Positions 50,389 through 64,000 of a DNA stretch of 64,000 nt are shown here, piece by piece (position 1 is the stretch's first letter; the number at the start of each line of letters is the position of its first letter). The notes beneath the pieces are model-generated. The model was not told where the DNA came from. It ran no database searches and saw only the letters and a program-made list of their open reading frames with translations. Source of the DNA: Felis catus (Eukaryota); NCBI RefSeq assembly GCF_018350175.1, contig NC_058368.1, forward strand, positions 168,456,001 through 168,520,000, written 5' to 3'. Position numbers and translations under genes: made by a program.

Positions 50389-51785
50389 TCTCTGTCAGAA
50401 TTCTTGCACTGAAGATGCTAATAATATGAGAAGAATTATGGACTTTCTGTAATCACTCCTCACCTGTATGCGTTTGGAAGCTCCCTAAGACACAATTTAC
50501 ATAAAAGAGATTTGCATGGCAGAAATTACACCAGACTCTGATTGGTCCTACTTGGCACTGACTTCACATTTCAAAAGCCCAAGTGAGCTCCATGTTTAAA
50601 GATAGGATTCATTCATTGTGGAAACTGCCCTAGGAAGGCTGCTGAACATAGGTCAGTATCTCCAAAACAGTCTTTACCCTAACCCAAGGACATTATCCTC
50701 CCTCCATTAGGCACATCTCAGAATATTCACAGAGATGGTGTTCTGGGATGTTTAGGCTCCAATGTAAGAAATGCAGAGCGGTAGTGGGGGATTTGAGACT
50801 GGAAGGGACAAAAGTGTGAAAATCACTTGTTAACTGGGGCTAAAATGGCATGCATCCTTCAGTCTGTGCACAGGGTTCAAACTATGACCTGAAAAGTATT
50901 TAACATTAACAGAAGGCATTGTCTACTCCCACCACCCCCATTCACCTATGCTCTTCTCACAGGCTAAGCAAGAGTTCTTCCCTTTGTACCTGGTTACCTA
51001 CCCTCTCAAGCAGCTCCTTCTCATCCCCTGAACTCCCTATCCCTCACTCTGTACCAGGCAGAGCTGGGTTGTGTTATGGGCAATGCCTACCTAGAAAAGG
51101 AAATTAGTTTGTTTCTGTGTGGATTCAGAGGATAGATGTAGAGCCATTCAAATAGATTGGGATCAGCATGGGCTCCCTAGTTGGATATTCAGTTCTAGAT
51201 CTTTAGAGGGTCAAATGGGGATCTAGATGACCATTGACTAGTTATAGACTTTGCTGAGGAAAACATGGGCCTCTGGCTTTATCACCTTTCTTCCAATGAC
51301 AGTTCATGACTTAATGATGTCTTTCATTCATTTAAATTAGTTGAATACTAGATAGAACTTAGGAATTGCCCATAAATAAGTTAAAAATAAGGCAGTCATT
51401 GAGACATTCACATCAAAATTCCCTAAATGTATGCACAGAGACAGGAGAAAGTCTAGGCAACTCAGAAATAAAAGAAACTTCCAAAATACCATGGTTGGAA
51501 AAAAAAGTCTGGGGATTTGGAGTGAACTATCAGCATCCATTTATTGGAAGCACAAAAGGATGAACACTCTTTGGCAGATATTCCCAGCATTGTCTAAAAA
51601 ACAAACCCAGAAACCTTCAGCCCATCCTAATGATACATTTGTGAATATGCCATTCTTCTGAACTGGTGAACTCTAGAGCCTGTGGTTTGGTGTATGGGAA
51701 CTGATTGCTTTGCTTAAATTATACAAAGATTTCATTATTACAATTTCCTTGTCTTTATGGATTCCTCCTAGCATTCCCCATCTTT

Positions 51786-51941
51786 TTTTTTCAATATATG
51801 ACATTTATTGTCAAATTGGTTTCCATACAACACCCAGTGCTCATCCCAAAAGGTGCCATCCTCAATACCCATCATCCACCCTCCCCTCCCTCCCACCCCC
51901 CATCAACCCTCAGTTTGTTCTCAGTTTTTAACAGTCTCCTA
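51786..51941 (-). mobile_element. severely 5'-truncated young L1 (3'UTR only)
   Basis: Perfect TSD tagcattccccatcttt at 51769-51785 and 51942-51958. Reverse complement of the L1 3'UTR. Confidence 0.95.
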
Positions 51942-53384
51942 TAGCATTCCCCATCTTTGATAAGAATTTAATCAACAAATAAGTTCTTTTCTCTTCAAAA
52001 ATCTCAATTTAGGGCAGTAGCAATTTTTTTTTTTAATTTGAAGAGGCTTTTTTCTCACTTCTACTTATATAAATAATTTAAGTTATTGTGATTTTTGGTC
52101 TTTTTTTTTTTCATTCTTAGAAAAATCTTCTGTTTGTGGTTGGATAATTTAGGTCCTGGCTGTATCTTATGGTCCTGACTGTATCTAAACTCTGAACCAA
52201 CAATTTGGTGGAGTTCTCACTCTGAAGTCATCATAGCTTACATATTTGGTAATCCACAATGTTTCATACACTGAAATACAGAAACCACGGAAACAAATCT
52301 TGCTACGGTGTTAACATCATATAGATGCTTCAGGGTAATAGGCAGCAAGTGTATCAAATTCCATTGCATTCTGGACTGTGTGCTAGCCGAGGTGGGAAGA
52401 CATCATAAGAGAGATGTGGGGAAAAAAACAGAACTCCCCATGATGACCAGCACTGCCATGTAAAGAAAGTCAGAAAGTACTGGAGTGAAGGTGCCAGAAA
52501 GAAGTGAGAAGATGGATTTTTAATGCCTGCAGGACACACACAATTTGCATGTTTTATTTCATTTAATCTCCGCCCAAACCTCTACTGTTTTATAAATGAG
52601 GACTCTTGTGTGTCCAGAGATGAAGCAACTTAGTCAGAGAACTAAGAAGTGACGGTGCCAAGATGAAAATCTTGCTATAATTTCAGGTTTAGGAGAAAGA
52701 ACCTGCTGGGAGGACAAGTTTACCCCCTTACTGACTGGTGCACGGAAGTTTGTTGTTTCAATTAAATGAACTTCATGTGGTCGTTTTCTAACTACATTCT
52801 TAAAATAATTACTGTTCTGAAGCTCGTTCAGTGGCTCCGGGATGTTTTATTTTAGTTTCATTCATAAAATAGAGTTCCACTGTTGATAAAATGCATGTGT
52901 TATATACCAATGCCTAGGAAATAATGAAATTAGTTGTTTAAATGATTACTGGTGAATTTCATAAGTAAATGTAACACATTGTGACTTATAAAGAAAGGAT
53001 TCTATTAAGAAGAAGACAGTTCTTTGTTGCTGTGCAATTGGAATTCTGTCACCATCCCATTTCTTTCCTCTTTTTAGCAATATTTAGTGAAAGAATTCAT
53101 ATTGTTTGATTATATCTTCTGAACAAGCTCTCTGCAACCCACACCAGTCAGGGCGCAATATCTGCCATGTCACCCAAGCTACTCTAGTCTGTGACTACTT
53201 TGTTGGCCAAATCGAGCCAGCCAAATTCAAGGTCTTTTTTTTTTCTCTCTCGTTGTATGTGACCTCTCTGAAACATTCAGTATAGATGATGGCTCCATTC
53301 TGCAAACCCTTTCCTTCCTTATTTTTGAGGATAGTGCATTCTCCTGGTTTCCCTTTTGCTTCCCTAACACCTCTCTCTCTCTCT

Positions 53385-53566
53385 CTTTTAATGTTTATTT
53401 ATTTTTAATAGAGAGAGGTGGGAGGGACAGACAGAGGGGACAGAGGATTGGAAGCAGGCTCTATGCTGACAGCAGAGAGCCTGAAGTGGGGTTTGAACTC
53501 ACAAACTGCGAGATCATGACCTGGGATGAAGTTGGACACTTAACCAACTGAACCACCCAGGTACTC
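53385..53566 (-). mobile_element. Can-SINE
   Basis: TSD ccctaacacctct (53362-53374 / 53567-53579). Confidence 0.92.
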
Positions 53567-54121
53567 CCCTAACACCTCTTTCTCAGTGCTCACTGCCGGA
53601 TCTTCCTTTTCAGTTCAGCCCCTAAATATTGGAGAGATCAGCACTCTCCTCTCTGTTCCTCTTAGCCACCCTCTCCAGTCCCATGGCCTTAACTATTATC
53701 TACATGCTCAATAACTGATCCCTACCTTTAGTTTCAGATTCATGTATTAATGAATCTCCACTGAGAAGTCTAACAGGTCTTACATTTAATGTGCCCAAAA
53801 TAAAATTCTTGATCTCTCCCCTCTCAACCCATTCCTTGCGTATTCTGTCCCATCTTGGTAAATGACTGTATTGTCTACCCATTTGCTCAGAGCGAAAACA
53901 TGAGGAGTCATCCTTGACTCCTTTTTCCTTTACTTCCTACAGCAATTCCTTCCAATTTATCAGCAGGTGCTATCAACTCTATCTCCAAAATATATCTTGA
54001 GTCACTTTACCTTGCCACTGACAGTTTAGTCCAAATAACCGTAATTTCTCCTTGGTTCCTGCCCCAGCCTTCTGCTTCCACTCTTCCCCATTCCTAATGA
54101 TCTATTCTCCATATCATAGTT

Positions 54122-54313
54122 CAGGGGTTCTCAAACACAGCACCACTGATATTTTAGACTGTTTGCTGTGGGGACTGTCCTGGGCATTATGGGATGTTTA
54201 GCAGCTTCCCACTAGATGTCAGTGGCACTCACCAGTTGTGATGAACAAAGAGTATCTCCACACATTGACAAATGTCCCCTATGGGGAAAAATCACCCATG
54301 TTGAAAACCACTG
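54122..54313. mobile_element. MER20-like hAT-Charlie MITE
   Basis: TIRs caggggttctcaa / ttgaaaaccactg. Internal 'tgtgggggactgtcctgggcattatgggatgtttagcagc' and 'acattgacaaatgtcccct'. Confidence 0.85.
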
Positions 54314-57244
54314 CCATAGCCAGAATAATTTGTATCTAAAAAATGAATCATGATTAATACTAATAACAAATATTAAAATGAAAAATGAAATTAAAACTAT
54401 GTCACTTCACTACTTTGAATCCTCGAGTGACTCCCCAAGTCCTTCATCATGTCAAGGAAGGCTCTGCATGATCTAGCCCATGCCAACTTCAGCTTGACTT
54501 TGAGGTCCCTGTTGGCCTTATTTCTATTCCTTACATGAATTAAGCTCATTCTTGCCTCAGGGCATTGCACTTACTGTTCTACCTAGGATGCCTCTCCTGT
54601 AACTTCCAAACTTCTTCACGGCTATTCTCTCCACATATTGGACTCAGCTCACCACCCCACTTTACATTTCCAGGTCTGCTTTCTTCATGGCATCTATAGT
54701 TACTTGAAATTACTTTATCTATTTGTTTACTTGTCTGTCTCCCCAGCCACAACATAAATTCTGTAGAGGAAGCCCCTAGTCTGTTGTATACCCCTCCTAC
54801 ACCTCCAGCACCTAGAACAGTGCTGAGCACATAAGTTAAGTGCCTGAGAAATATTCATTGAGTTTTAAAATTCTTCATGTCTTGGCGTAACATATTGATA
54901 TGGTTATATGTGAAGCTTCACAGTCTAATATTTATAGGTGTTTTTAATAGAACAGGATACTGGTCACACAGAGCTCAAATGAATTCCTGTGTTTGATGAA
55001 AGCGTGGAGAGTGTCCCCTTTGTAAAGGAAAGCTGCCCATGTGATTGGATTGCGATCGGAGCCCAAATGCCAATAAACAAAGTTTGGCAAAGTTAACACC
55101 ATGAAACTCATCTTTTTCAAGTGACCTAAGCCGTGTTGAAACCCATTCCCAGAGGTGAAAGCCTCATGAATCTATCTATTGTGCCATCGAGCCTTCTGTT
55201 TGATATAGGCTTTGTCAGGGGGATGAGGTATTGACGTTTTAATGTCTGTGGATTATGGTAATGAGCTTAACTATATTGATCTGTTCAGCATTCTGTACTT
55301 GCTTTGGCTGCCATCCCAAAAACTCCAAGAGAAGGTGGTGTCCAGATGGCCATCACATGGGCTATGAAAAGGGATCAAAGAAGCAGCACATCAGTGTAAT
55401 TCATAAAATAGTAGTCATCAAATTTTGACACGTCACTTAAGCCACAGGCCTAATGCGAAGGTGCTTAATGAGCTAAATTAATCCTACCAGTGACAAAATT
55501 GGTGTGTGTGTGTGACAAGAATGTGGACTTCCCAGCTGACCTGCAGTCTGGGAGCTACAGAGAAGTAACTTTCCATGGGTGAGCCCTGGGGCTCTGCCAT
55601 TCAGGCAAGGATCTCAGAAGCAATGCAGGAATGGGCCACACAGACAGGAGGTGCAGAGTACTGGCGGGTCCAGGCGGACCTGGCAACAGAACCAAGACAA
55701 GAGTTAGTGGAGTGAAAAGTACTCAGGGTCTGAAGTTGGGCGGGCCTGGATTTACCCCCGCAGCTCTGCTGCTTACTAATAACTTTTTTTTTTTTTTTTT
55801 TACTACTAACTTCGTATCTGCGTGCCTGCCCTGCTTCCTGGTTATTTCTTTATACCTTCCTTTTTTTTTTTTTCACCTATAAAATGAGGGAAATAATATT
55901 TCTTTTCTCCTAAGATGGTAAGAGTGTAAACTATGCTAATATAAAGTACCTGGATTGGAATAAGCATATAGTTCTCCTTTCCTTTTTTTCTATTCCCTTC
56001 CAGACTTTGTAGCGTCTGCCCTAATTAAGACACTATGTGCATTTCCTACCTGACCTTGAAACAGCAAGGACCTTCAGAGAAGGAGCCCAGAGTCAATCTT
56101 CTGTTCTCAGCAGCTTTTGTCAACTGCCTCAGAGGGAAGATTAGCCTGTGTGAGGTGCTGACATTGAGTTACCCTCTGTTCTGTAAAGGTGATCTAAGGT
56201 TTGGCAGGAGCTGTTGGGGAGGGAGCGCTAGGGGAGCATCTGTGCCCACCTGCTAGCCCACAGGAGAAGAGCAGGGAACAGCAGACCCCTGTCCTGCCAG
56301 GCTTATCCCCATCACAGATGCCACAGACACTTTACAGCCATTATAATAAAAGCTGAGTCTGCCAGCCCTGGCTTCATGAGACAAGGGGATAAACAATAGC
56401 TAGCAGATTAAATAACACGGGACATTTTATATTCAAGTTTGAGAGTTTACTAGAAACCGAGAGCTTAATAAATAAAAAGGACTGCAATAGACTTTAATAA
56501 AGCAAACAGACCAAGGAGTCATTCATTTACAATATGAAGGATTTGTTTTCCAGGGCAATCATGCAAAAAGGCTTAGCCTATCCTGCAGATGAAAAAGTAG
56601 CCTGACCCTATCCTGCCCAGCTGAATGAACTCTGCAAACAGGATTTTCAAAGTGCTCTTTTTCAATTAATGTTTTAATATTTTGAGCCTTTTCATGGAAA
56701 TTATAGCTTTAGCTGTTCAAGATGACTTAGCGACTGCCTGATTTACAAATGCACCCAAGCAATGCCAATGGCCTTTGCAAATTAGATTTTTAAAATAATT
56801 CACATGGTGGCTTTTTAATGTACTCAAGTGCTTTCCATATGCTGCCTTCCAGCCTCATTCTGAAGCACAGATTTTTCAGAGCCTCGGACACATTTCAACT
56901 TTTCTTTCATACTCTTCCCTTTCCCTTTTAGATAGCCCCAACACCGCTTTTATTTATCACATAATGAAAAGAGAACCACAGGGCTCAAGATGACGAGATG
57001 TCAACATTAAGGCTTCCTTCCCATTGAGTCTCAGATCATCACCAGATCTTCAACCCTCTCTCATCATTTTGCATTTATATTGTTGTCATAGTGTCTTGCT
57101 GTTTTGATCTACTCTATACACTGTGACAAAAGTATTCTTAAAACATCATTCTTACCACATCGTTCCCTGCTCAAGAAATACAAGAGCACCCTGCTATTTC
57201 CGGTCTAAATTTTCAACTCTTCATCCTGACTTGTTTCCCCCACT

Positions 57245-58095
57245 TTTAAACATAGACTATTTTTTTAGAGTTTTAGGACCACAGCAAAAATTCAGCAGGG
57301 ATTATAAAGAGTTCCCATACACTCCTTGACCTCATACATGCACAGGCTCCCCACTATCAACCTCCTGCATGGAAGTGGTGATTTGTTAAAATCGATGAGC
57401 CTACATTGATGCGTTATCATCCAAAGTCCATAGTTCATTCATGATGCTGCACATTCTTTGGGTTTTGACAAATGTGCAATGACATATATCCACCAATGTG
57501 GTAGCATATAGAATAGTTTCACTGCCCTAAAAATCCTTTGTACTCTGCCTATTCATCCCTTGTTTCCTCCCTGATCCCTGGCTACCACTGATCCTTTTAC
57601 TCTGTCATAGTTTTGCCTTTTCCAGAATGTCATATAGCTGGAATCCTATATCATGCAGCCTTTCTAAATTGGCTTTTTCCACTTAGTGATGTGCATTCAA
57701 GTTTTTTCCATGTCTTTTTGTCCTTTTTAGTGCTGAATTCATTGTCTGGATGTACCACAGTTTATTTATCCATTCACCTACCAAGGGACATCTTGGTCAC
57801 TTCCAAGTTTCCACAATTATGAATAAAGCTGCTATAAACATCTGTGTGTAGGCTTTTGTGTGGACATAAGTTTTCATCTCATTTGGGTACCTCCTAAGAA
57901 GCACGATTGCTGAAATGTATAAGAATGTCCTGGGTTTTTTTTTTGTAAGAAATTGCCCAAATGTCTTCCAAAGCAGCTATCCCACTTTGCATTCCCAGCA
58001 GCAGTGAATGAGAGTTTCTGTCATTCCACATCCTCACCAGGATTTGGTGTGTTGCCAGTGTTTGGGGTTTTCATCATTTTAATAAGTGTGCAGTG
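57245..58095 (-). mobile_element. old L1M (L1MB/MC-like) 3' portion
   Basis: 'atagaatagtttcactgccctaaaaatcc', 'gttttgccttttccagaatgtcatatagctggaatc', 'tgcattcccagcagcagtgaatgagagtt'. Confidence 0.85.
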
Positions 58096-58116
58096 TGACT
58101 TTTAAATCCATCTTTT

Positions 58117-58326
58117 GGGACACCCAGGTGGCTCAGTCGGTTAAGCATCTGACTCTTGATTTCAGCTCATGTCATAATTTCATGGTTCATGAGTTCCAGC
58201 CCCAGATCAGTCTCCGTGCTGACATTGTGGAGCCTACTTGGGATTCTCTGTCTCTCTCCCTCATTCTCTGCTCCTTGCCTGTTCGTGCCTGTGTTCTCTC
58301 TCTCTCAAAAATAAATAAACTTTAAA
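58117..58326 (+). mobile_element. Can-SINE
   Basis: gggacacccaggtggctcagtcgg head. TSD aaatccatcttt / aaatccctcttt. Confidence 0.92.
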
Positions 58327-58604
58327 AAATCCCTCTTTCAATTCACCTTGTCTTTCAAAATGTATTTTCACTCTTCTCAAACAAAAGCCTTGACTGTTGT
58401 CTAGCTTGTGTTCTGGGTTCCCACCAGCCTCTGTCCCAGTTCTGTGCCTTTGCCCATGTTTATTCCCACATAAAAGTCTGCTCCCTTCTGTGTCAAAGCA
58501 TCTTATGCCCTTCTTTGTGGGATCTTCTTCACTGTACCAGACATTACTTTTTTTCTCTCTTGCTATGAATTTCTCTAGGGATATGGCTCTCAGCCTTCAA
58601 GAAC

Positions 58605-59102
58605 TTTAAGTTATACTAATGGCTGGGTCCCATACCCAGAGATCCTCATGTTATTGAGTTGGGTTCATGGGCTTTTAAAAGTCTTCCAAGTGATTCTAAA
58701 TATGCTACTAATGTTGAAAACAAGCACTAGGACTTGTAGTCCTCACCGGACAAATTCTTTACTATATACTAAGTACATTATATAATGAAGTTCTCTGGAG
58801 GTAGGACTCAGCATTGGTATTTTTTTTTCAAGTTTACGTATTTATTTTGAGAGAGAGTGAGAGAGAGAGAGAAAGCAAGTGGGGGAGGGGCAGAGAGAGA
58901 GAGAGGGAGAGAGAATCCCAAGTAGGATCCACACCATCAGCACAGAGCCCTACACAGGGCTCAAACTCACAAACCATGAGATCATGGTGCAAATTAAAGT
59001 TGGATGCTTAACTGACTGAGCCACCTAGGTGCCCCTCAACACTAGTAGTGTTAAAAGCCCCCTAGGTGATTCCAGTGGATAGTTAAGGCAGAGAACCACT
59101 GG
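58605..59102. mobile_element. two MER5-like hAT-Charlie fragments, the second split by a SINE
   Basis: 'gctgggtcccatacccagagat...ttttaaaagtcttccaagtgattcta' and 'aaaagccccctaggtgattcc...gagaaccactgg'. Confidence 0.6.
58820..59035 (-). mobile_element. Can-SINE
   Basis: TSD tcagcattggta / tcaacactagta; (GA)n tract. Confidence 0.92.
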
Positions 59103-61099
59103 CATCCTACCTTACAATTTGCTTCATATTTTATCTACCCAAGTAGATTGCCAATTAATAAATGGTGTTTCTGCATTTTGATTGCTGATCCCATACCACT
59201 CCTCCATCTTTAACACATGCCACAATACTGAACACACCACAGAAAATAGTAAATAAATATGTATGTAGATAAGTACTTCTGGTGGACTGTTTGATTTTTC
59301 CCCATATAGGGTCCATGGGTTAGAGGCAAGATCATGTATTTAAATCTCAAATGGGTCACTATCTTCACTCAGATTAAATTCCCATCTCACAGCCAAAGGC
59401 TAAATATTTACTCTTGCTAATTTCCCTCCAAATGTATCTGATCCTCTAGAGCAGGAACCAGCTGAACACGTGTAGATGATTTAGTACAGTCTATTAAACC
59501 ACTGAGGAAAAGAAGAATGTCAGTAAGAGATGAGGCAAAGAGCATTTACATTCATTACTATTTTTTTTGTTTTGAGGAATTTGCTGCTGCTTTCTCTGTT
59601 AATTGTGTTATAATGCCTTCAATACCAACTGCTGACTTAAAAAAAAAAAAAGATAACAGTAAGATAGTTAACAAGACAACAAATGCTACTTGCTGGCTGA
59701 GCTGAGTTTCTAGGTTTTTCTTGCCCACTCCAGCCCATCCTGAAAATACGATTCAGCCTTCTAGAAATTAGTCTGCATTTCTTTCCCAAGTGCAAAGTAG
59801 ATCAGGAAAAACCCACTGATGGTCAGTCACAGCAAAGCTGCCAAGGGATGAATTCTTCCCCATATAGTGAGACCACAAATTAGCCCATTGACTCGGTTGT
59901 CAGCAGTAGTGTTTGGACTTTGCCTTTCCCAAAATTCACCTTTTTAAAAGTTTCCTGTTCATTATACCAGAGCAGTAAGAAGGGTTATTTTGTGAAAATA
60001 TATTGTTTTCAAGGATGCAGGTGATGTTGAAATGAACTAAGCTCATCAAAATGCGGAAGCTGGTTTCTGGTTCAGGAGGTTGACTGAAAACCTGTATTTA
60101 TTTCTCCTTTCCAGTGTCCCATAGAAATGACAGTAAAGATACCGGAAGAGGGATAAACCCATAATAATATGTGAGACTCATCCTTTCTTTTCCTCTTTCA
60201 AAAAAAAAAAATCTCCTTCAAGAATCCTTTACACATTTCTCTAAAAAGAGTTGATAACATTTCCCAATACCACAACAATGTAGAAATCCACCCTCTCCTT
60301 TACCATTTATATGCTCTTCTAGGACCATATTGTTGACCGTATATGTCAGCTATACATTATGAGCTGGCTTGTCATTGATGGGTCAAGCTTTGGAATGTCT
60401 GCCATGCCTACAACCCTTTTCAGAGAGATCATCCCTAAAGGGGCCTTGCTGGTGCATAATGCCTTAGGGGAATGAAGCAGGGTAGCCAATCAATAAACCT
60501 GACTGGAGACACTTTAGGGGGCCAACAGGTGAGCTTTGGCTAAATAGGTCTCTCTCAAGGAGTTCTGAACTTAACGACATTAGAACAAACCATTCATTTT
60601 GGGAACAAAGTGAAATGCACAAAGAGAGAAGGTAAGACACTGAAGTTGTGAATACTCAGAAGCAATAAGGGGCAATAAATAGAAGCCATGTAGAAGAGAG
60701 AAGGAAAGTAGAGAGAAGGTGGTGGGAAGCAGCAGGAACAGTAAAAGCAAGGATAAAAAGTAAATGAATGAAGCCAACAGAAGCTAGATAGGGCTTCGGC
60801 AAATCCTTTTAAAAGAGGACAGCCTTGGTCAGCATGCATCTTAGGCTTTAGCCTTTCATAAAAATGAAAGTCCTATACACCCGAATATCAGTGCAGGAAG
60901 AGATAAGGAATCTCGTTCTTGTTTAAGCCACTGCAGTTGAGTTTCCCACTATTGAAAAATGAAAAGTTTCAAGTGACATGTTTTTCCTTTTCATGTTTGT
61001 TGTCCTTTGTTTCTTAACTCTGGACTTCTGATGCACAGAATTGAATTCACCTTAAATCTTGGTTAATGGCACCCTACCATCATTGGTCCATTCGTAGCC

Positions 61100-61810
61100 C
61101 TGTTTAATTTTATTTCTTGGTAATAAATACCCACAAACTATCACACAATCCAAGAATTCGAACATGAACAATTATTTGATTCTCCCATGTATTCCTCCCC
61201 ATAGTATGCTCTTGCCTTACTGCCAGAAATAACAAGTTTTTCAAAGTTGGGGTTTATCATTGTCTTGCTTTTCTTATTCATTGTGTGAATGTATGGTTAA
61301 ACAAAATGTTAATTGTTTTTGAACTTTGCTAAAAGAGTAAAATATTGTATGCAGTCTTCTAAGATTTGCTTTTTTTATTTAACAGTATGTTACAAAATCC
61401 ATATATACTCTACATGTAGTTATAATTCATTCATTTTCACTGTTGTATAATATTCAATAATTTGTACACTTCCTTGCTTCTGGGTATTTTAGTTGTTTCC
61501 AGTTTTTGTTTGTGTGTTTGTTTATTGCTGTTATAAGGTTGCTATAAACATTCTTGTATAGAACTCCTGGTGCATGTTCCTTTGGGTATATAGAAAGTAT
61601 AGTTTCATGCCATAGGGTATGTGAGTGCTCAACTATACAAGATAATGCCAAATTATTTTCCAAAGTAGTGGAACCAATTTGCACTCCTACTTGCAACATA
61701 CGAAAGATGTTTTTTATCTACACCTTCCCAATACACAGAATGTTAGATTCCTTAAATTTTGCCCATAAAGCAGTTATAAAATGGTATTTCATTGTGGCCT
61801 TGTTTTTTAA
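61100..61810 (-). mobile_element. old L1M fragment
   Basis: ORF 61454-61699 resembles the ORF2 C-terminus (TTLENNLA...ILSIYPKE...WKQLKYP). Confidence 0.75.
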
Positions 61811-63266
61811 CAGTGAATATGTATTGCTTGTAAAATCAGGTAGAAACAGTAAACATTTTAGTTCAGACACTCACATCACATACATAGAAACCCCAAACTT
61901 ACAAGTTTCCCATGTTTCAGTGTTCATAAGAAAAACATTTCCCAGTGATATTATGAGCCGAATATGGACAAGAGCATAGACCATCTAGAGTTTCCTTTCT
62001 AAGCTGCTTACCAAGACAAACATAAATTGAGGGTTTTTTTTTTTTTTTCCTCACTTAACTGTAAAGCAGCTCTTCAAGGGGATGGAGCCTATGGCAGTGA
62101 GGGAAAGAAAGGCCTGGATTTCAGTCCTAAGATTTCTTTTGAATTCAAAGTCTGGTTCCATAAGTTGTATTTATGTGACATCAAGGTAACTATTTTAACT
62201 TAAGGGGAAAAAAGTGGGTCTTTGGCATCACATAGACAAGAGATTCAAGGCGTTGGATTGGATTTTTCGTGTTTAACCAGTCAGTTAACATTTATAGAAA
62301 GAGCCCCTCTTCTGCCAGACTATGGTGTAGTTACTTTCCTCTTCCAGAGAGGAGCTAAAAATCATTCAGAAGATCAACTGGCAGGTATTATATAAACACC
62401 AAATGCAACTAAAACATTCATTTCAAATAGGGCTGTAGTAAAACCAACAAGGCTCAAAGAATTGCAGTACTCTGAAGGAGAAAGCAATACAAAAGCCTCA
62501 GAAATACTGATATTATTAGTGAAATAAATCCACAATATTGAATTTGAGAAAAATACATCCCAAACACCAAAACAATGGTGACACCAACAAAAGAACAACA
62601 AAATCTCTATGTCAAAGGAAGCACCTAGTATTAAAGTAAATAAAATTCCTTTCTGTAACCAGAAGGACTACTGCTTCCCACACGTTCAAACTAAAGTGCT
62701 TTTATGCTGCAAAATTATAGTTTACAGTGGCATGTGTGGTTAAGGAAGTAGCAGTCAAAATGTCTACCTATCTGCTGGAAGAAACTAAAGCCATGTGTAA
62801 TGTAGAAAGGATAAACTATTTCCTGTTACTTTCCTCAGGACATAAAGTCAACTCAACTCAACAAGTATTGACTTCATTTCTATGTAGGAAGCCCCCTCCT
62901 TTTTAGTTTGATTTAATTCACTTGAGTTTATTGTGCATCTAATGTGGGTCACTGGTGAAGGATGTTAAGTGTTTAATGGCACAGAAGACTCCGTGGCAGT
63001 GGGGGGATTCAAATGGGGGCAAGACCCTATGGGGCTGAAGGGCAGAAAAGACATCAGATGGGAGTTAACATCTGAAAGAGACCTTAAAAGATTGGACTGG
63101 TGGAGATAGATGGCTGCAGTGTTCCAAATAGAACAGCACAAGCAAAAGCACAAATATGTAAAATCATTATACTTTGAAGGAAGACCAATAGTTTAGCATA
63201 GCTGTAGAAGAGGAGGAGAAAACATTCAAAAGGATAAGTGGAAGCTGCATTGGTCAGAATTCTTTA

Positions 63267-63500
63267 ATTTTTTTATTTTTATGTTTAATTTTTTTAAATG
63301 TTTCATTTATTTTTGAGACAGATAGAGACAGAGCGTGAGCAGGGAAGGGGCAGAGAGAGAGGGAGACATAGAATTTGAAGCAGGCTCCAGGCTCTGAGCT
63401 GTCAGCATAGCGCCCGACATAGGGCTTGAACTCACAAACTGTGAGATCATGACCTGAGCCGAAGTCGGACGCTTAACCCACTGAGCCACCCAGGCGCCCC
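63267..63500 (-). mobile_element. Can-SINE (SINEC_Fc-like)
   Basis: Perfect TSD tggtcagaattcttta at 63251-63266 and 63501-63516. Head ggggcgcctgggtggctcag. Confidence 0.95.
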
Positions 63501-64000
63501 TGGTCAGAATTCTTTAGATTGAAGGTCACTGCAGCATAAATAAAACCGGACAAACTCAGAAAGACATGCACTGTCCCACATCACTGGAGAGGCCAGGGGA
63601 TGCTCTGGCTTCAATCAAAGCTAGATCCAGGGACTCCCATCTTGCTCTCTAAATGCCACTTCTTTTCTCTCTGTTGACTTCATTATCATGTTATGCTTGT
63701 TAACTCCTGGCAGCTCCAATCTTTTATCATTGTTACTCCTAGCAGTGTCAACACAAAATGAGTTTCTCTTTCTCAAATGTTTAGGCAAAAGCCTCAGAAT
63801 AGAGACTCATTGTTCCAATTTAAGTTATTTCTGCCTCTCCCAGAACTATTTACTGTGTTTTGGAGGATAAGTCACATGTCCACTTCTAGAGCCAAGAAGA
63901 GGGATCAGTGCCAACCAAACCATATGGATTAGGGAGGAGGGAAACCCCAAAGGAAACTTAAAGGCATCTACCAAAAAAGAACTGCCTATTGGGTAGGAAA

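Larger units (their letters stand above)
53140..54862 (+). mobile_element. L2 LINE (RT remnant to 3' end), interrupted by a SINE and MER20
   Basis: 'ctccagtcccatggccttaactattatctacatgct', 'ggagtcatccttgactcc', 'tgcctcagggcattgcacttactgttct', and 3' end 'ccagcacctagaacagtgctgagcacata'. Confidence 0.8.

Noticed and set aside
1..64000. CRISPR arrays, operons or other prokaryotic systems
   Set aside because: The sequence is clearly mammalian; no constant repeat-unique spacer pattern is present.

Overview
Repeat-rich, non-coding mammalian DNA from a carnivore. The tRNA-derived Can-SINEs and the L1 sequences look feliform, probably felid. I found no intact host protein-coding gene; nearly all long ORFs are LINE-1 pieces or repeat artefacts. 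Main contents: (1) a 5'-truncated, frameshifted EIF4B processed pseudogene with poly(A) and a 16-bp TSD (8671-9590, minus strand); (2) an L1 that keeps its 5'UTR but has lost about 3.4 kb internally (about 12689-15300), directly followed by about 1.6 kb of NORAD lncRNA-like repeat units with two intact Pumilio elements (15301-16940); (3) a full-length but disrupted L1 of the same subfamily (24039-29956), nested in the tail of a SINE next to a HAL1-like remnant; (4) an ancient CR1/L3-type fossil with an apparent internal inversion; (5) a composite L1 with two 3' ends; (6) many Can-SINEs, short L1 tails, MaLR LTRs, L2/MIR, hAT MITEs and microsatellites. All family and gene assignments come from recalled consensus sequences, not database searches.
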